Positions 29,807 to 39,131 of a stretch of DNA of 64,000 nucleotides are shown here, piece after piece. Position 1 is the stretch's first letter, and each line of letters starts with the position of its first letter. The stretch is from Clostridiales bacterium (GTDB taxonomy: Bacteria; Bacillota; Clostridia; Oscillospirales; Ruminococcaceae), in NCBI GenBank assembly GCA_012518465.1, contig JAAYSD010000010.1:7638-71637 (forward strand), read 5' to 3'. A program made the position numbers and the translations under genes. Below the pieces are notes generated by a model that was given only the letters and a program-made list of their open reading frames with translations, was not told where the DNA came from and did no database searches.

Positions 29807-29909
29807 TAATATCGCTCCTTTTTAAATTAGTATTGCTTATTTAACAATACATTTCCTATATTTGATATACTAATAATATAGAAGTAAGCAATATTATTCT
29901 GTGAGCAAA

Positions 29910-30656
29910 TCACTTAAATATTAATAAATTATTAAAGAGAGGTGAAAGTTTTTGTTTTTCCGTGATTTTAACAGGAATTTCTCCATTGCTGCCAATTTCA
30001 AAATGCTTTACAGCAATACCTAAGTCAATGCCTTGTAAAGAATTAGGCTTTTCCACATAAGAAAATGTCATATTATCCTTGTAAATAAAATGAACGGGTT
30101 GTCTATTCATAGCTGAAGGAGCGAGCGATACCGCTTTTATCCCATCAATAAATTTTTCAGGAACGCTTTCGCTTGAACTGTAAAAATAATCTAAATCATG
30201 ATTGACATTGACAGTGCTTGAGGTAACAAATTTTTCAAAATCACTTATCTCCTCGTTTACATAACCGAAAATCATCACTGCACGTAAACGCTTTCCTTTT
30301 GGTATATTAAAATTTGACCTGCTAAATGAAATGCCAGCCCAACAAGCGCCAAATCCCATCTTTACTAGATTAAGCATTATATTCTGGCCATAGTATCCTA
30401 TTTTAAAGTTGTAGTTTTCAAGGCTTTTATCACAAAGCATAAGAATATAGTTTTTTGGATTTTTAAACCTGCCATATGGGAATAAATGTGTTTCCTCATC
30501 GTTGAAAACAGCTTTCAACTCAAGCCCTGACAGCTGATTGTTATTCTCAATCAGTTTGTTTATTTGCAGCACTTGTTGACTGGAAATAGGTTTATCCAAA
30601 AAGTCACGCCTACTGATTCTTTGTCTTACAGCCTGTAAATCAGTCATTTTGTTCAC
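29910..30656 (-). CDS. nitroreductase-family protein
   Basis: The N-terminus is RQRISRRDFLDKPIS and an APSAMNRQP motif is present. Length is 248 aa. Confidence 0.75.
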   Translation of the reverse strand: MNKMTDLQAVRQRISRRDFLDKPISSQQVLQINKLIENNNQLSGLELKAVFNDEETHLFPYGRFKNPKNYILMLCDKSLENYNFKIGYYGQNIMLNLVKMGFGACWAGISFSRSNFNIPKGKRLRAVMIFGYVNEEISDFEKFVTSSTVNVNHDLDYFYSSSESVPEKFIDGIKAVSLAPSAMNRQPVHFIYKDNMTFSYVEKPNSLQGIDLGIAVKHFEIGSNGEIPVKITEKQKLSPLFNNLLIFK

Positions 30657-30668
30657 CTTTAATAAAAC

Positions 30669-31073
30669 TTACATCGCTTCATGCTTTTTTAAATATTCCA
30701 GAGTAATTACTTTTATTTCAAAAGGTGATAAAACCTTTGCCATTTTCGTGTTAGGATTAATGACAACGGGGATATTTTTAAGGGTTTTAAAAAGCTTTAT
30801 TCCTTTAATCTCGGCTGCATTAAAAGTGCCTTTGATGGCTTTTAAATGCTCTTTATTAGTGAATAATGGAATCACCTGCCTGCCTGCATTATCAGAAATC
30901 ATCAGCAAGGGTATTTCTCCGGAAAAATCCTTTGAAATAGGCTGTGATACTAAGATAACAAGCTCACTATCCATAAGAGCTTCAAAGTATTCGTTCCAAT
31001 ATTTAGGTCTTTCTTCTGCTTTTAAAAATAATTTATCAAGCAGATTATTTTCGTTTTGTACATTAAGCGACAT
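30669..31073 (-). CDS. SseB-family protein
   Basis: The pattern is SseB-like: F.EALMDSELVILV...IPLLMISDNAGRQVIPLFTNKEHL...VVINP. Confidence 0.6.
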   Translation of the reverse strand: MSLNVQNENNLLDKLFLKAEERPKYWNEYFEALMDSELVILVSQPISKDFSGEIPLLMISDNAGRQVIPLFTNKEHLKAIKGTFNAAEIKGIKLFKTLKNIPVVINPNTKMAKVLSPFEIKVITLEYLKKHEAM

Positions 31074-31103
31074 AAGTTTAACCTTTCTTATAAAATATCA
31101 AAT

Positions 31104-31289
31104 TTATGCACGTATATCGAGAATATTTCCTAAATTATCTGCTGCGGGCATTTCTTTTAGCATCTCGGTGACATTTTCTCCACTTTGCTCAGTAGAATTA
31201 AGAATATTCTTCAGCATTGCAAACGAAACATTATTTTGAATTTCTGCTTGTTTATATGCAGTGGCATAACTGGCTATTGATAAAATCAT
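31104..31289 (-). CDS. YjfB-family putative motility protein
   Basis: 61 aa with the YjfB-like pattern: QAEIQNNVSFAMLKN.L...EQSGENV.EML....LGN.LDI.A. Confidence 0.6.
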   Translation of the reverse strand: MILSIASYATAYKQAEIQNNVSFAMLKNILNSTEQSGENVTEMLKEMPAADNLGNILDIRA

Positions 31290-31444
31290 TTTTTCTCCTT
31301 TTAAACAAAGCTGATTTATAATATTATCCTATCATAAAAAGCTGATAAAATCAAGTAATCTGATAGATTTTAATAAAATTTTTAACAAATATTATTTTAA
31401 AACATATAATATTATTGTTAATTTTAATTAATAAGGAGGAAAAT

Positions 31445-32110
31445 ATGAACAATTCACAATATACGATAAACAAATTAACATTAAAGGGTGACTTAAAATG
31501 TGTAAATACCGATATTTTGAGTTATTCTATTGATTACCCACAGGTGCAGGGTGGAAGTAGAAATTGTATGGAGATTGTAAATAATTATTATAAAACGGGT
31601 GCGTTTAGCTTAAAAAATTGCTATGAAAATCGATTGTTTTGTCAGGGTGTTAGACAAAAAAATCAGCAAAACGGTGAGTTTTTACCGTATGAGGCGATAG
31701 GAACGTATGAAATTACATATAATCAAAATTGTGTGATAAGCCTTTACTATGATAAATATGAAATAACAGGTGGTGCACATGGAAATACAGTCAGATGCTC
31801 TGATACTTGGAGTATGAAAAGTGGAAATATGCTGAATATAGCTAATTTTTTCAGCAGATGTACTAATTATAGAAATTATATTTTAGCCGAAATAAGATCG
31901 CAGATAGAAAAGCAAATAGAATGTGGTGATAATTATTATTTTGATGATTGGGAAAATTTAATTTGTCAATACTTTGATAAGAATAGTTTTTATCTCACTC
32001 CTGAGGGTGTAAATATATATTATCAGCTATATGAGATTGCACCATATGTTGCTGGAATTATTTCTTTCACCATACCTTTTGATGGAAAAAATGTAATAAA
32101 GCCATGCTAA
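31445..32110 (+). CDS. DUF3298/DUF4163-domain protein (RsiV/PdaC C-terminal-like)
   Basis: AAGGAGGA RBS. The hallmark YEITGGAHGN motif is present, as is the PEGV.IYYQLYEIAPYVAGI motif. Confidence 0.7.
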   Translation: MNNSQYTINKLTLKGDLKCVNTDILSYSIDYPQVQGGSRNCMEIVNNYYKTGAFSLKNCYENRLFCQGVRQKNQQNGEFLPYEAIGTYEITYNQNCVISLYYDKYEITGGAHGNTVRCSDTWSMKSGNMLNIANFFSRCTNYRNYILAEIRSQIEKQIECGDNYYFDDWENLICQYFDKNSFYLTPEGVNIYYQLYEIAPYVAGIISFTIPFDGKNVIKPC

Positions 32111-32219
32111 AATAGCCGTATATCTTAAAAAAATCTTAAGAAACAAGTTCAATAGTTGCATATCAGTATTAAAAGTAGTATACTAACTGTATTACATAAA
32201 GTGATACGGAGGAATAATA

Positions 32220-33098
32220 TTGAAAAAAATAAAAAACAGGAAGTCTGTTATAATTTTATTGCTATTTTTATTAGTATTTGCCGGAGCGCTTGTTTTTATA
32301 ACATTAAAGCCTGATACGGTTTTTTTAATAAAACAAAGGATTACTCAAAGCTTTGATAAGGCTGAGGTAAAGGCAGTAAGCTATGGAAATGATGAGCTAA
32401 CACAAATAACCTATTCAGAAATAGAGCGGGATAGTAATTTTATTATTGATAATTCTCTTATGCTAATAAATCAGGAAAATACATTATCAGACAGTTTTTC
32501 ACCAAATATAGGTGAGTATAAAGATAGTGGAGTTATAATGGATAAGGGCCTATTTAAAGCATATGAGAAAATGGCAAATGAAATAATTGAAAAGTTTGAT
32601 GACAAGCTGTATATCATGAGCGCATATCGTGATAGCAGTGAACAAGAGGATATTTCGCAGGAAAAAAAGGGGGAAGGTACTGCTATGCCAGAAGGTGCTA
32701 GCGAGCATCAGGCTGGCTTGGCTTTAGATGTGTATGTAAAGGGGTTTGCAGGACTTGGCTTTTTAAAAAGTGAAGTAGGTCAGTATGTAAATGAAAAGTG
32801 CTGGGAATATGGCTTTATTATTAGGTATCCTAGCGGTAAAACTAATATTACCAAAGTTGAATTTGAGCCTTGGCATTTAAGATATGTTGGATTTCCCCAT
32901 TCTGAAATAATATATAGAAATAACATTACTTTTGAAGAATATATAGAGAGCCTTGAGCTTGGCGAATTTTATTATTACGACGATTATATTATAACACGAC
33001 AGAGCAGTGAGGGATATTTATTGCCTAAGGAATATAAATCGGCAGTAATTTCCCCTGATAATATGGGTAATTATATCATAACTTTAAAAACAAAATAA
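32220..33098 (+). CDS. D-alanyl-D-alanine carboxypeptidase, VanY/M15B family
   Basis: An N-terminal TM anchor is present. Zinc-ligand motifs are SEHQAGLALDV and EPWHLRYVG. It starts at TTG with a GGAGGA RBS. Confidence 0.85.
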   Translation: MKKIKNRKSVIILLLFLLVFAGALVFITLKPDTVFLIKQRITQSFDKAEVKAVSYGNDELTQITYSEIERDSNFIIDNSLMLINQENTLSDSFSPNIGEYKDSGVIMDKGLFKAYEKMANEIIEKFDDKLYIMSAYRDSSEQEDISQEKKGEGTAMPEGASEHQAGLALDVYVKGFAGLGFLKSEVGQYVNEKCWEYGFIIRYPSGKTNITKVEFEPWHLRYVGFPHSEIIYRNNITFEEYIESLELGEFYYYDDYIITRQSSEGYLLPKEYKSAVISPDNMGNYIITLKTK

Positions 33099-33099
33099 A

Positions 33100-33135
33100 T
33101 TACAAGCTTGTCATTTTTGACAAGCTTGTAATTTT
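33100..33135 (+). terminator. rho-independent terminator
   Basis: ttacaagcttgtc-attttt-gacaagcttgtaa forms a 13-bp stem followed by TTTT. Confidence 0.8.
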
Positions 33136-33163
33136 AAGCATATAAATATTTTTATAAAAAAGA

Positions 33164-33192
33164 TTGACAAAAAAGTGCGACTATGATATAAT
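33164..33192 (+). promoter_or_regulatory. tRNA-Leu promoter
   Basis: TTGACA, 17-nt spacer, TATAAT, positioned 22 nt before the tRNA 5' end. Confidence 0.65.
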
Positions 33193-33213
33193 TAATAAGC
33201 AATATTTTTATTT

Positions 33214-33300
33214 GCCGGAATGATGGAATTGGCAGACGTGCTGGACTCAAAATCCAGTGGTGGCGACACCGTGCGGGTTCAAGTCCCGCTTCCGGCACCA
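33214..33300 (+). tRNA. tRNA-Leu(CAA)
   Basis: I folded the cloverleaf by hand. The acceptor is GCCGGAA/TTCCGGC and the anticodon stem is CTGGA/TCCAG with loop CT-CAA-AA. It has a long variable arm, a GGTTCAAGTCC T-arm and an encoded CCA. Confidence 0.92.
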
Positions 33301-33455
33301 AAAATAAAACCCGAGTGTTTGCCATTGGTAAATGCGCGGGTATATTTTTTGTGCTTATTTTTGTGCTTATTTTGTGATTATAAATTCAGTTATTAATAAA
33401 ATCTTTAACAATAATTAATTCCTCTTCATATAATGTTATAAAATGGGGGGATAAA

Positions 33456-34283
33456 ATGTACTCAAATTTGCAATTAGTTTTAGATGATAATATTGTTGTA
33501 CAGCCTAATCAAAATATAATTTTCAACAATATTATTAATTCTAAAGGTGGAGTTTTATATGATACTTTAACAGGAGTTATTACTATTAATCAACAAGGCT
33601 CTTATTATATAAATTGGTATATAGCTTTACAATCAGTGATGCAAGGGTCAGGCTCTAGCTTTGCACTTGCTATTAATGATTCTGTCAATACACAAGTTTT
33701 TTACGGAAGTTCTTCAATTAAAACAGAACAAATAACAGGCTCTGCTCTTATAGAGGTAGTGACAGTGCCGACTACAATTGAGTTAAAAAACGTTAATAGC
33801 AATAATGCTTTTGTGGCAACTACATTCCCTGCAAAAGCAAATTTAACCTTGTTCAGCCAGTTTGATGAACAAGCCTTTGGAGGCTTGTTTTATCATACTC
33901 AAACGCTTGAAGTGGATAGTACGCCTATTGTTGTTCCTAGTGGGTTGATTACAAATCAATCGCAAAATATAAATTATAGTACTCCAAATACTTTAACAAT
34001 TATTAAAAATGGGATATATGAAATAAATACGGCTTTAATCGGATACAGCTCACAAACAGGTGTGTTCATTCTCTCTTTAGGGATAAATGGCACATTGCAG
34101 CCAAATTTTTCGCAATATATAAATGCAAATGCAGACCAGACGGTAACCTTTACTTCTTCAAATTTTGTTGAACTATTTGTCGGTGATGAATTAACGCTTT
34201 TGTTTTCAGCTGGCAGTTTGTCAGAATTTAATATTGGGGTTTTAGGAAATCTTGGCTATTTGCTAGTTAAGAAAATATATTGA
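33456..34283 (+). CDS. hypothetical protein with two tandem BclA-C-terminal/C1q-TNF-like jelly-roll domains and no collagen repeats
   Basis: GGGGGGA RBS. Two halves (aa 1-135 and about 140-275) each show the pattern ..I..N..G.Y.IN..........F.L.IN.........L...L...A.L.. that I remember from exosporium BclA C-terminal domains. There is no signal peptide and no G-x-y repeats. Confidence 0.4.
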   Translation: MYSNLQLVLDDNIVVQPNQNIIFNNIINSKGGVLYDTLTGVITINQQGSYYINWYIALQSVMQGSGSSFALAINDSVNTQVFYGSSSIKTEQITGSALIEVVTVPTTIELKNVNSNNAFVATTFPAKANLTLFSQFDEQAFGGLFYHTQTLEVDSTPIVVPSGLITNQSQNINYSTPNTLTIIKNGIYEINTALIGYSSQTGVFILSLGINGTLQPNFSQYINANADQTVTFTSSNFVELFVGDELTLLFSAGSLSEFNIGVLGNLGYLLVKKIY

Positions 34284-34330
34284 TTATTTGATGTTAAAAA
34301 CAATTAAAAGGTTATAAAAGGAATGTGAAA

Positions 34331-35209
34331 ATGAGTTTATCAGATTATAAAATAATAACGAATATTAAAAAAGGGTGGTCTGCTGATGAGAAATATTGTG
34401 TTGAAAATAAAGATGGGAAAAAATATTTTCTTAGAATTTCAACAATAGAGCAATATAATGATAAAAAAGCTGAATTTGAGATGATGAAAAGGTTGGATGA
34501 TAAGAAGGTTCCATTGTGTCGTCCTATTAAATTCTTTAATGATGAGGAAAAGGTATATTCACTTCATAGCTGGATCAATGGTGTGGATTTAAATGAAATA
34601 ATCAATGACTTTGCTCAAGAGCAGCAGTATGAATTAGGTATTGAGTGTGGCAGAATTTTAAAAATAATTCATTCTATTCCTGCTCCTAAAAAGATTATTT
34701 CATGGGATAAGAGATTTAACAAAAAAATTGATAGAAACATTAATAATTATCTTAATTGCTCAATAAAGCTTGATGGTGATAATAGGATAATTACCTTTAT
34801 AAATGAAAATAGGTTTTTGCTCAATAAAAGACCGCAAACTTATCAACATGGCGATTATCATATTGGAAATATTATGTATGAAAATAATAATATAGTAATA
34901 ATTGATTTTAATAGGAATGATTATGGCGACCCATGGGAAGAATTTAATCGGATTTCATGGTGCGTTGATAAAAGTATATTTTTTGCCACCGGTATGATTG
35001 ACGGGTACTTTGATAACAATCCTACACTAAAGTTTTGGAAGCTATTGGCACTATATCAAGGCAGCAATGTCCTCTCCTCAATACCATGGGCAATACCATT
35101 TGGCGAAAAAGAAGTTGATGTAATGCTTTTTCAAGCTGAAAAATTTCTTTTAAGCATTGATGGATTTAATTCCATTATACCTAAATGGTATGTGGGAAAA
35201 TCAAATTAA
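34331..35209 (+). CDS. aminoglycoside-phosphotransferase/choline-kinase (APH, CotS-like) family kinase
   Basis: The Brenner/catalytic motif is HGDYHIGNIMY and the DFG-like motif is IIDFNRNDYGDPWEEF. It starts 41-47 nt after the upstream gene with no terminator between. ATG 34331 was preferred over GTG 34325. Confidence 0.8.
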   Translation: MSLSDYKIITNIKKGWSADEKYCVENKDGKKYFLRISTIEQYNDKKAEFEMMKRLDDKKVPLCRPIKFFNDEEKVYSLHSWINGVDLNEIINDFAQEQQYELGIECGRILKIIHSIPAPKKIISWDKRFNKKIDRNINNYLNCSIKLDGDNRIITFINENRFLLNKRPQTYQHGDYHIGNIMYENNNIVIIDFNRNDYGDPWEEFNRISWCVDKSIFFATGMIDGYFDNNPTLKFWKLLALYQGSNVLSSIPWAIPFGEKEVDVMLFQAEKFLLSIDGFNSIIPKWYVGKSN

Positions 35210-35430
35210 TCACTGTTTCTTTAAAACAAATCATAATTTGTTACTTTTAGGAAAAGTAAAAATCCCCACGTCGCTAACTTTAAATCGTGCAATCATTAGT
35301 ACTACACACTTCACCCCAATCACCAATAAAATTATCGTAGTAGGTTCGCCTGCTGCGATAATTTTTTTCTGCTTATTATACAAAAACCACCTTTATTTAT
35401 TGGCGAATTATACGAAAATTTCTTTTTATG

Positions 35431-35459
35431 TTGACAAATATTGTTATATATGTTATTAT
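35431..35459 (+). promoter_or_regulatory. promoter of the GH48 cellulase gene
   Basis: TTGACA, 17-nt spacer, TATTAT. The leader of about 130 nt holds two hairpins: cgaaaca/tgtttcg, and gttgatac-aatgc-gtatcaac at 35550-35570. Confidence 0.6.
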
Positions 35460-35592
35460 AAGTATGAACATAAAAAGGATTTCGAAACAGTCAAATAAAA
35501 GTGAGAGGAGGTAAAGGGTACAGATTGTTTCGTTTTCATAAATTAAGCTGTTGATACAATGCGTATCAACTCAAACAAAAAAGGAGGTTAAA

Positions 35593-38322
35593 ATGTTTAG
35601 GAAGCGAAAAACAAAACAAGCCTTATCGGTTATTACAGCAGTTTTAATGGCAAGCCAGATTTCAGCATTGCCAATTTCAGCTGATAATGACAGCCAAGAG
35701 GCAGGTGTCTATGAACAGCGTTTTTTTGAGCTGTGGGAAGATATTCATGATGAAAGTAATGGATATTTTAGCGAGCAAGGTATCCCATATCATGCTGTTG
35801 AAACGTTAATAGCTGAGGCGACGGACTACGGTCATGTTACGACTAGTGAAGCGTTAAGCTATTATATGTGGCTTGAAGCAATGTATGGGAAATTTACCGG
35901 CGATTTTTCTTCGTTTGAAGAGGCATGGAGAATTACAGAAGAGTATATGATTCCAAGCGAGAAGGATCAGCCTAGTACAAGCATGGCGAATTATAATGCA
36001 AATAAACCGGCTACCTTTGCACCTGAGTGGGAAACCCCCGACCTTTACCCAGCAGAGCTTGATTTTAATGCGGCGGTTGGTGTCGATCCCATTCATAATG
36101 AGCTTGTAGCTTCCTATGGTGAGTCAACAATTTATGGAATGCATTGGCTTTTGGACGTTGACAATTGGTATGGTTATGGGCAAAGAGGAGATGGTGAATC
36201 TACTCCTTCATTTATTAATACCTTCCAACGTGGAACTCAGGAATCAACCTTTGAAACCATTCCTCAGCCATCTTGGGATGAAATGACGTTTGGCGGTGAA
36301 AACGGTTATTTAGATTTATTTACGGGTGATTCAAATTATGCCGAACAATTTAAGTATACTAATGCTCCTGATGCTGATGCCAGAGCAGTTCAAGTTACTT
36401 ATTGGGCTAATGAATGGGCAAAGGAATATGGCGTTGATTTAAGTGAAAACATTGATAAAGCAACAAAAATGGGTGACTATTTAAGATATGCAATGTTTGA
36501 TAAGTATTTCAGAAAAATAGGCGATGGTAGACAAGCGGGAACAGGATATGATTCTGCTCATTATTTAATGTCATGGTATTATGCATGGGGCGGAGGCGTC
36601 ACCTCTGATTGGGCATGGAAAATTGGCAGCAGTCATAATCATTTTGGTTATCAAAATCCTATGGCAGCATGGATTTTATCTGAAGAAGATGAGTTTGAGC
36701 CTATTTCAGCAAATGCATCGAGGGATTGGGCTACTAGCCTTGACAGACAGCTGGAATTTTATCAGTGGCTGCAATCTGCTGATGGTGGTATAGCTGGTGG
36801 AGCTACAAATTCTTATAACGGACGATATGAAACAATTCCAGCTAATACATCGACATTCTATGGCATGGCATATGATCCACACCCTGTTTATTCGGACCCA
36901 GGAAGTAATCATTGGTTCGGTTTCCAAGCGTGGTCAATGCAAAGAGTCGCTGAGCTTTATTATAAAACAGGTGATGACAGAGCAGAGGCTATTCTGGATA
37001 AATGGGTAGATTGGGTACAGGATATTGTTATTTTAGGTGATGATGGAACATTTGCTATACCTAGTAATCTTGATTGGACAGGACAGCCTGATACATGGAC
37101 AGGCACACCTTCAGAAAATTCTAATCTTAGAGTAACGGTAAGAGATTATGGAACAGACTTAGGTGTCACAGCATCTTTGGCAAATACACTCCTTTATTAT
37201 AGCAAGGCATCCGGTGATGATAGTGCAAGAGTGCTGGCAAAGGAACTTCTTGATAGAATGTGGAATTTATACAGAGATGACAAGGGGCTTTCTGCACCGG
37301 AAGCAAGAGGGGATTATAAGCGTTTCTTTGAACAAGAGGTTTACGTTCCTGAAGGTTGGAGCGGAACAATGCCTAATGGTGATGTTATCGAATCGGGAAT
37401 CAAATTTATAGACATTAGAACAAAGTATTATGATGACCCTATGTTTGATACATTAAAGACAGCTTATGATAATGGAGAGGACCCTGTGTTTAATTATCAT
37501 AGGTTCTGGGCACAAGCTGAAATAGCTATTGCTAATGGAACTTATGCAACATTATTTGGTGAAACAAGCTCAGTAAATCATTCTGATATTACACCTAAAA
37601 ATGCTGAATTTGATAAGGCAGAAGATAAGGGTGATGATATTGACGTAGATTTAATCCTTAATGGTAATGATTTTGTGAGCATTACTTATAATAACTCTGT
37701 TTTAGTAGAAAATCAAGATTATATTGTTTCTGGTGAAAAGGTTGTTATAAGCAAAGATTTCCTAAGTAATTTAGATGAAGGAAAGCATTATCTTATGTTT
37801 AAGTTTACCGAGGGAAGAGATGTAGCGTTGATTGTAAGTGTTGTTGATACAACAAAACCTATTGTCACTGGCGAAGTAAAGGTTGAAATGTTCAATGGCA
37901 ATACATCATCAAGTACAAATGGCATAGCACCAAGGTTTAAGCTGACAAATACGGGCAGTGAGGCAATTGAATTTAAGGATATTACTTTACGATATTATTA
38001 CACAATAGACGGTGAAAAGGCACAGAATTTCTGGTGTGATTGGTCGAGTGTTGGCTCGTCAAATGTTATTGGAAATTTTGTAAAGCTTGATACTCCATCT
38101 GAAAAAGCCGATTATTATCTAGAAATAACATTTACCTCTTCTGCTGGAGCATTAGCACCTGGTCAAAGTCATGAAGTTCAAGCTAGATTTTCAAAAATAG
38201 ACTGGACAAATTACAATCAAGAAAATGATTATTCCTTCTTCTCATCAGCAAATAGCTATTCTGACAATGATAAAATAACTGCTTATGTAAATGGTGAATT
38301 AGCTTTTGGAATTGAGCCGTAA
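35593..38322 (+). CDS. glycoside hydrolase family 48 exoglucanase (cellobiohydrolase) with X2-like module and C-terminal CBM3, no dockerin
   Basis: AAAGGAGG RBS and a signal peptide (..[14 protein letters not shown]). GH48 hallmarks are [36 protein letters not shown] and [16 protein letters not shown]. The X2-like segment is [25 protein letters not shown]. The CBM3-like tail is [27 protein letters not shown]...ITLRYYYT...NFWCDW. Confidence 0.92.
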   Translation: MFRKRKTKQALSVITAVLMASQISALPISADNDSQEAGVYEQRFFELWEDIHDESNGYFSEQGIPYHAVETLIAEATDYGHVTTSEALSYYMWLEAMYGKFTGDFSSFEEAWRITEEYMIPSEKDQPSTSMANYNANKPATFAPEWETPDLYPAELDFNAAVGVDPIHNELVASYGESTIYGMHWLLDVDNWYGYGQRGDGESTPSFINTFQRGTQESTFETIPQPSWDEMTFGGENGYLDLFTGDSNYAEQFKYTNAPDADARAVQVTYWANEWAKEYGVDLSENIDKATKMGDYLRYAMFDKYFRKIGDGRQAGTGYDSAHYLMSWYYAWGGGVTSDWAWKIGSSHNHFGYQNPMAAWILSEEDEFEPISANASRDWATSLDRQLEFYQWLQSADGGIAGGATNSYNGRYETIPANTSTFYGMAYDPHPVYSDPGSNHWFGFQAWSMQRVAELYYKTGDDRAEAILDKWVDWVQDIVILGDDGTFAIPSNLDWTGQPDTWTGTPSENSNLRVTVRDYGTDLGVTASLANTLLYYSKASGDDSARVLAKELLDRMWNLYRDDKGLSAPEARGDYKRFFEQEVYVPEGWSGTMPNGDVIESGIKFIDIRTKYYDDPMFDTLKTAYDNGEDPVFNYHRFWAQAEIAIANGTYATLFGETSSVNHSDITPKNAEFDKAEDKGDDIDVDLILNGNDFVSITYNNSVLVENQDYIVSGEKVVISKDFLSNLDEGKHYLMFKFTEGRDVALIVSVVDTTKPIVTGEVKVEMFNGNTSSSTNGIAPRFKLTNTGSEAIEFKDITLRYYYTIDGEKAQNFWCDWSSVGSSNVIGNFVKLDTPSEKADYYLEITFTSSAGALAPGQSHEVQARFSKIDWTNYNQENDYSFFSSANSYSDNDKITAYVNGELAFGIEP

Positions 38323-38360
38323 GTAGAAAGATGATTTGAAAATCACTGATGTTTTAGATA

Positions 38361-38398
38361 CTTCCCCCCATATTTCATTAATGAAATATGGGGGGAAG
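38361..38398. terminator. perfect 38-nt palindromic hairpin, a terminator between convergent transcription units
   Basis: cttccccccatatttcatt-aa-tgaaatatggggggaag. A T-rich tract follows on the plus strand. Confidence 0.8.
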
Positions 38399-38481
38399 CT
38401 TTGGTTTGTGTTTTTATGGAAAGTAGCAAAATTATGATTTCACGGTTTATATTTAGCGTTGAAGGTGGGTTTATAAAAAGT

Positions 38482-38508
38482 AAAAAAGACTGCAATAATG
38501 CAGCCTTT
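38482..38508 (-). terminator. terminator of the minus-strand tRNA cluster
   Basis: On the minus strand, aaaggctgca-ttat-tgcagtcttt is followed by TTTT, directly after tRNA-Gln(CTG). Confidence 0.55.
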
Positions 38509-38516
38509 AATAATTT

Positions 38517-38592
38517 TGGTTGGGGTGGAAGGATTCGAACCCTCGGAATGGCTGAGTCAGAGTCAGCTGCCTTACCACTTGGCGACACCCCA
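38517..38592 (-). tRNA. tRNA-Gln(CTG)
   Basis: The minus strand reads TGGGGTG...CACCCCA-A-CCA. The anticodon stem is GCTGA/TCAGC with loop CT-CTG-AC, and the T-arm is GGTTCGAATCC. Confidence 0.9.
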
Positions 38593-38650
38593 ACAAAGTG
38601 TGTTTTAATTTGAAGTATGCGAAAGTAAAAACTTTCGCATAAGTTGTATT

Positions 38651-38726
38651 TGGTTGGGATAGGTGGATTCGAACCACCGGAATGACGGAGTCAAAGTCCG
38701 TTGCCTTACCGCTTGGCTATATCCCA
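38651..38726 (-). tRNA. tRNA-Gln(TTG)
   Basis: The minus strand reads TGGGATA...TATCCCA-A-CCA. The anticodon stem is ACGGA/TCCGT with loop CT-TTG-AC. Confidence 0.9.
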
Positions 38727-38729
38727 GTA

Positions 38730-38807
38730 TGGGGTGGAAGATGGGATTCGAACCCACGATCTCCAGAGCCACAATCTGGCGCTTTAACCAGCTAAGCTAC
38801 ATCCACC
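38730..38807 (-). tRNA. tRNA-His(GTG)
   Basis: The minus strand starts with the extra G-1 (GGTGGATGTAGC...). The anticodon loop is TT-GTG-GC, and C73 plus CCA are encoded. Confidence 0.9.
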
Positions 38808-38883
38808 ATGTAAATTATTAGCTAAAATTATGTTTTTATTCAACCCTCTTGTTGTTTTATAACGGTCCAAGCGGATTGGCTAT

Positions 38884-38960
38884 TGGCACGCCACACAGGA
38901 TTCGAACCTGTGACCTACCGCTTAGAAGGCGGTTGCTCTATCCTGCTGAGCTAGTGGCGC
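38884..38960 (-). tRNA. tRNA-Arg(TCT)
   Basis: The minus strand reads GCGCCAC...GTGGCGT-G-CCA. The anticodon stem is ACCGC/GCGGT with loop CT-TCT-AA. Confidence 0.9.
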
Positions 38961-38980
38961 ACAGCGTTTTGACATAAAAA

Positions 38981-39054
<74 letters not shown>

Positions 39055-39084
39055 ACTTAAGCGTCTAAAACTTAACGCTTAATT

Positions 39085-39113
39085 ATTATATCACTTTCAT
39101 TTTGATTTGTCAA
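39085..39113 (-). promoter_or_regulatory. promoter of the tRNA cluster
   Basis: The minus strand reads TTGACA, a 17-nt spacer, then TATAAT. An 8-bp leader hairpin follows (ttaagcgt/acgcttaa). Confidence 0.65.
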
Positions 39114-39131
39114 CTGCTTTTTGCAAATTTT

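Noticed and set aside
30649-31239. A 196-aa ORF lies on the plus strand.
   Set aside because: It lies entirely antisense to the SseB-like and YjfB-like genes, which have family-like sequences. Its translation is low-complexity and hydrophobic (F/S/L/I-rich), typical of an antisense frame in AT-rich DNA, and it has no RBS.
33349-33372. A tandem 12-mer (TTGTGCTTATTT, two copies plus a partial third) lies just after tRNA-Leu.
   Set aside because: It is very short and T-rich. It is probably part of the tRNA terminator or spacer, and nothing suggests an att site or other function.
35157-35498. A 113-aa ORF overlaps the 3' end of the kinase gene and extends across the GH48 promoter.
   Set aside because: It has no RBS and overlaps a well-supported gene. 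It runs through a near-consensus promoter and has no recognisable motifs.
38343-38613. Two ORFs of 81 aa (minus strand) and 70 aa (plus strand) lie here.
   Set aside because: They overlap the 38-nt palindromic terminator and the tRNA-Gln(CTG) gene. They are artefacts of the structured RNA regions.
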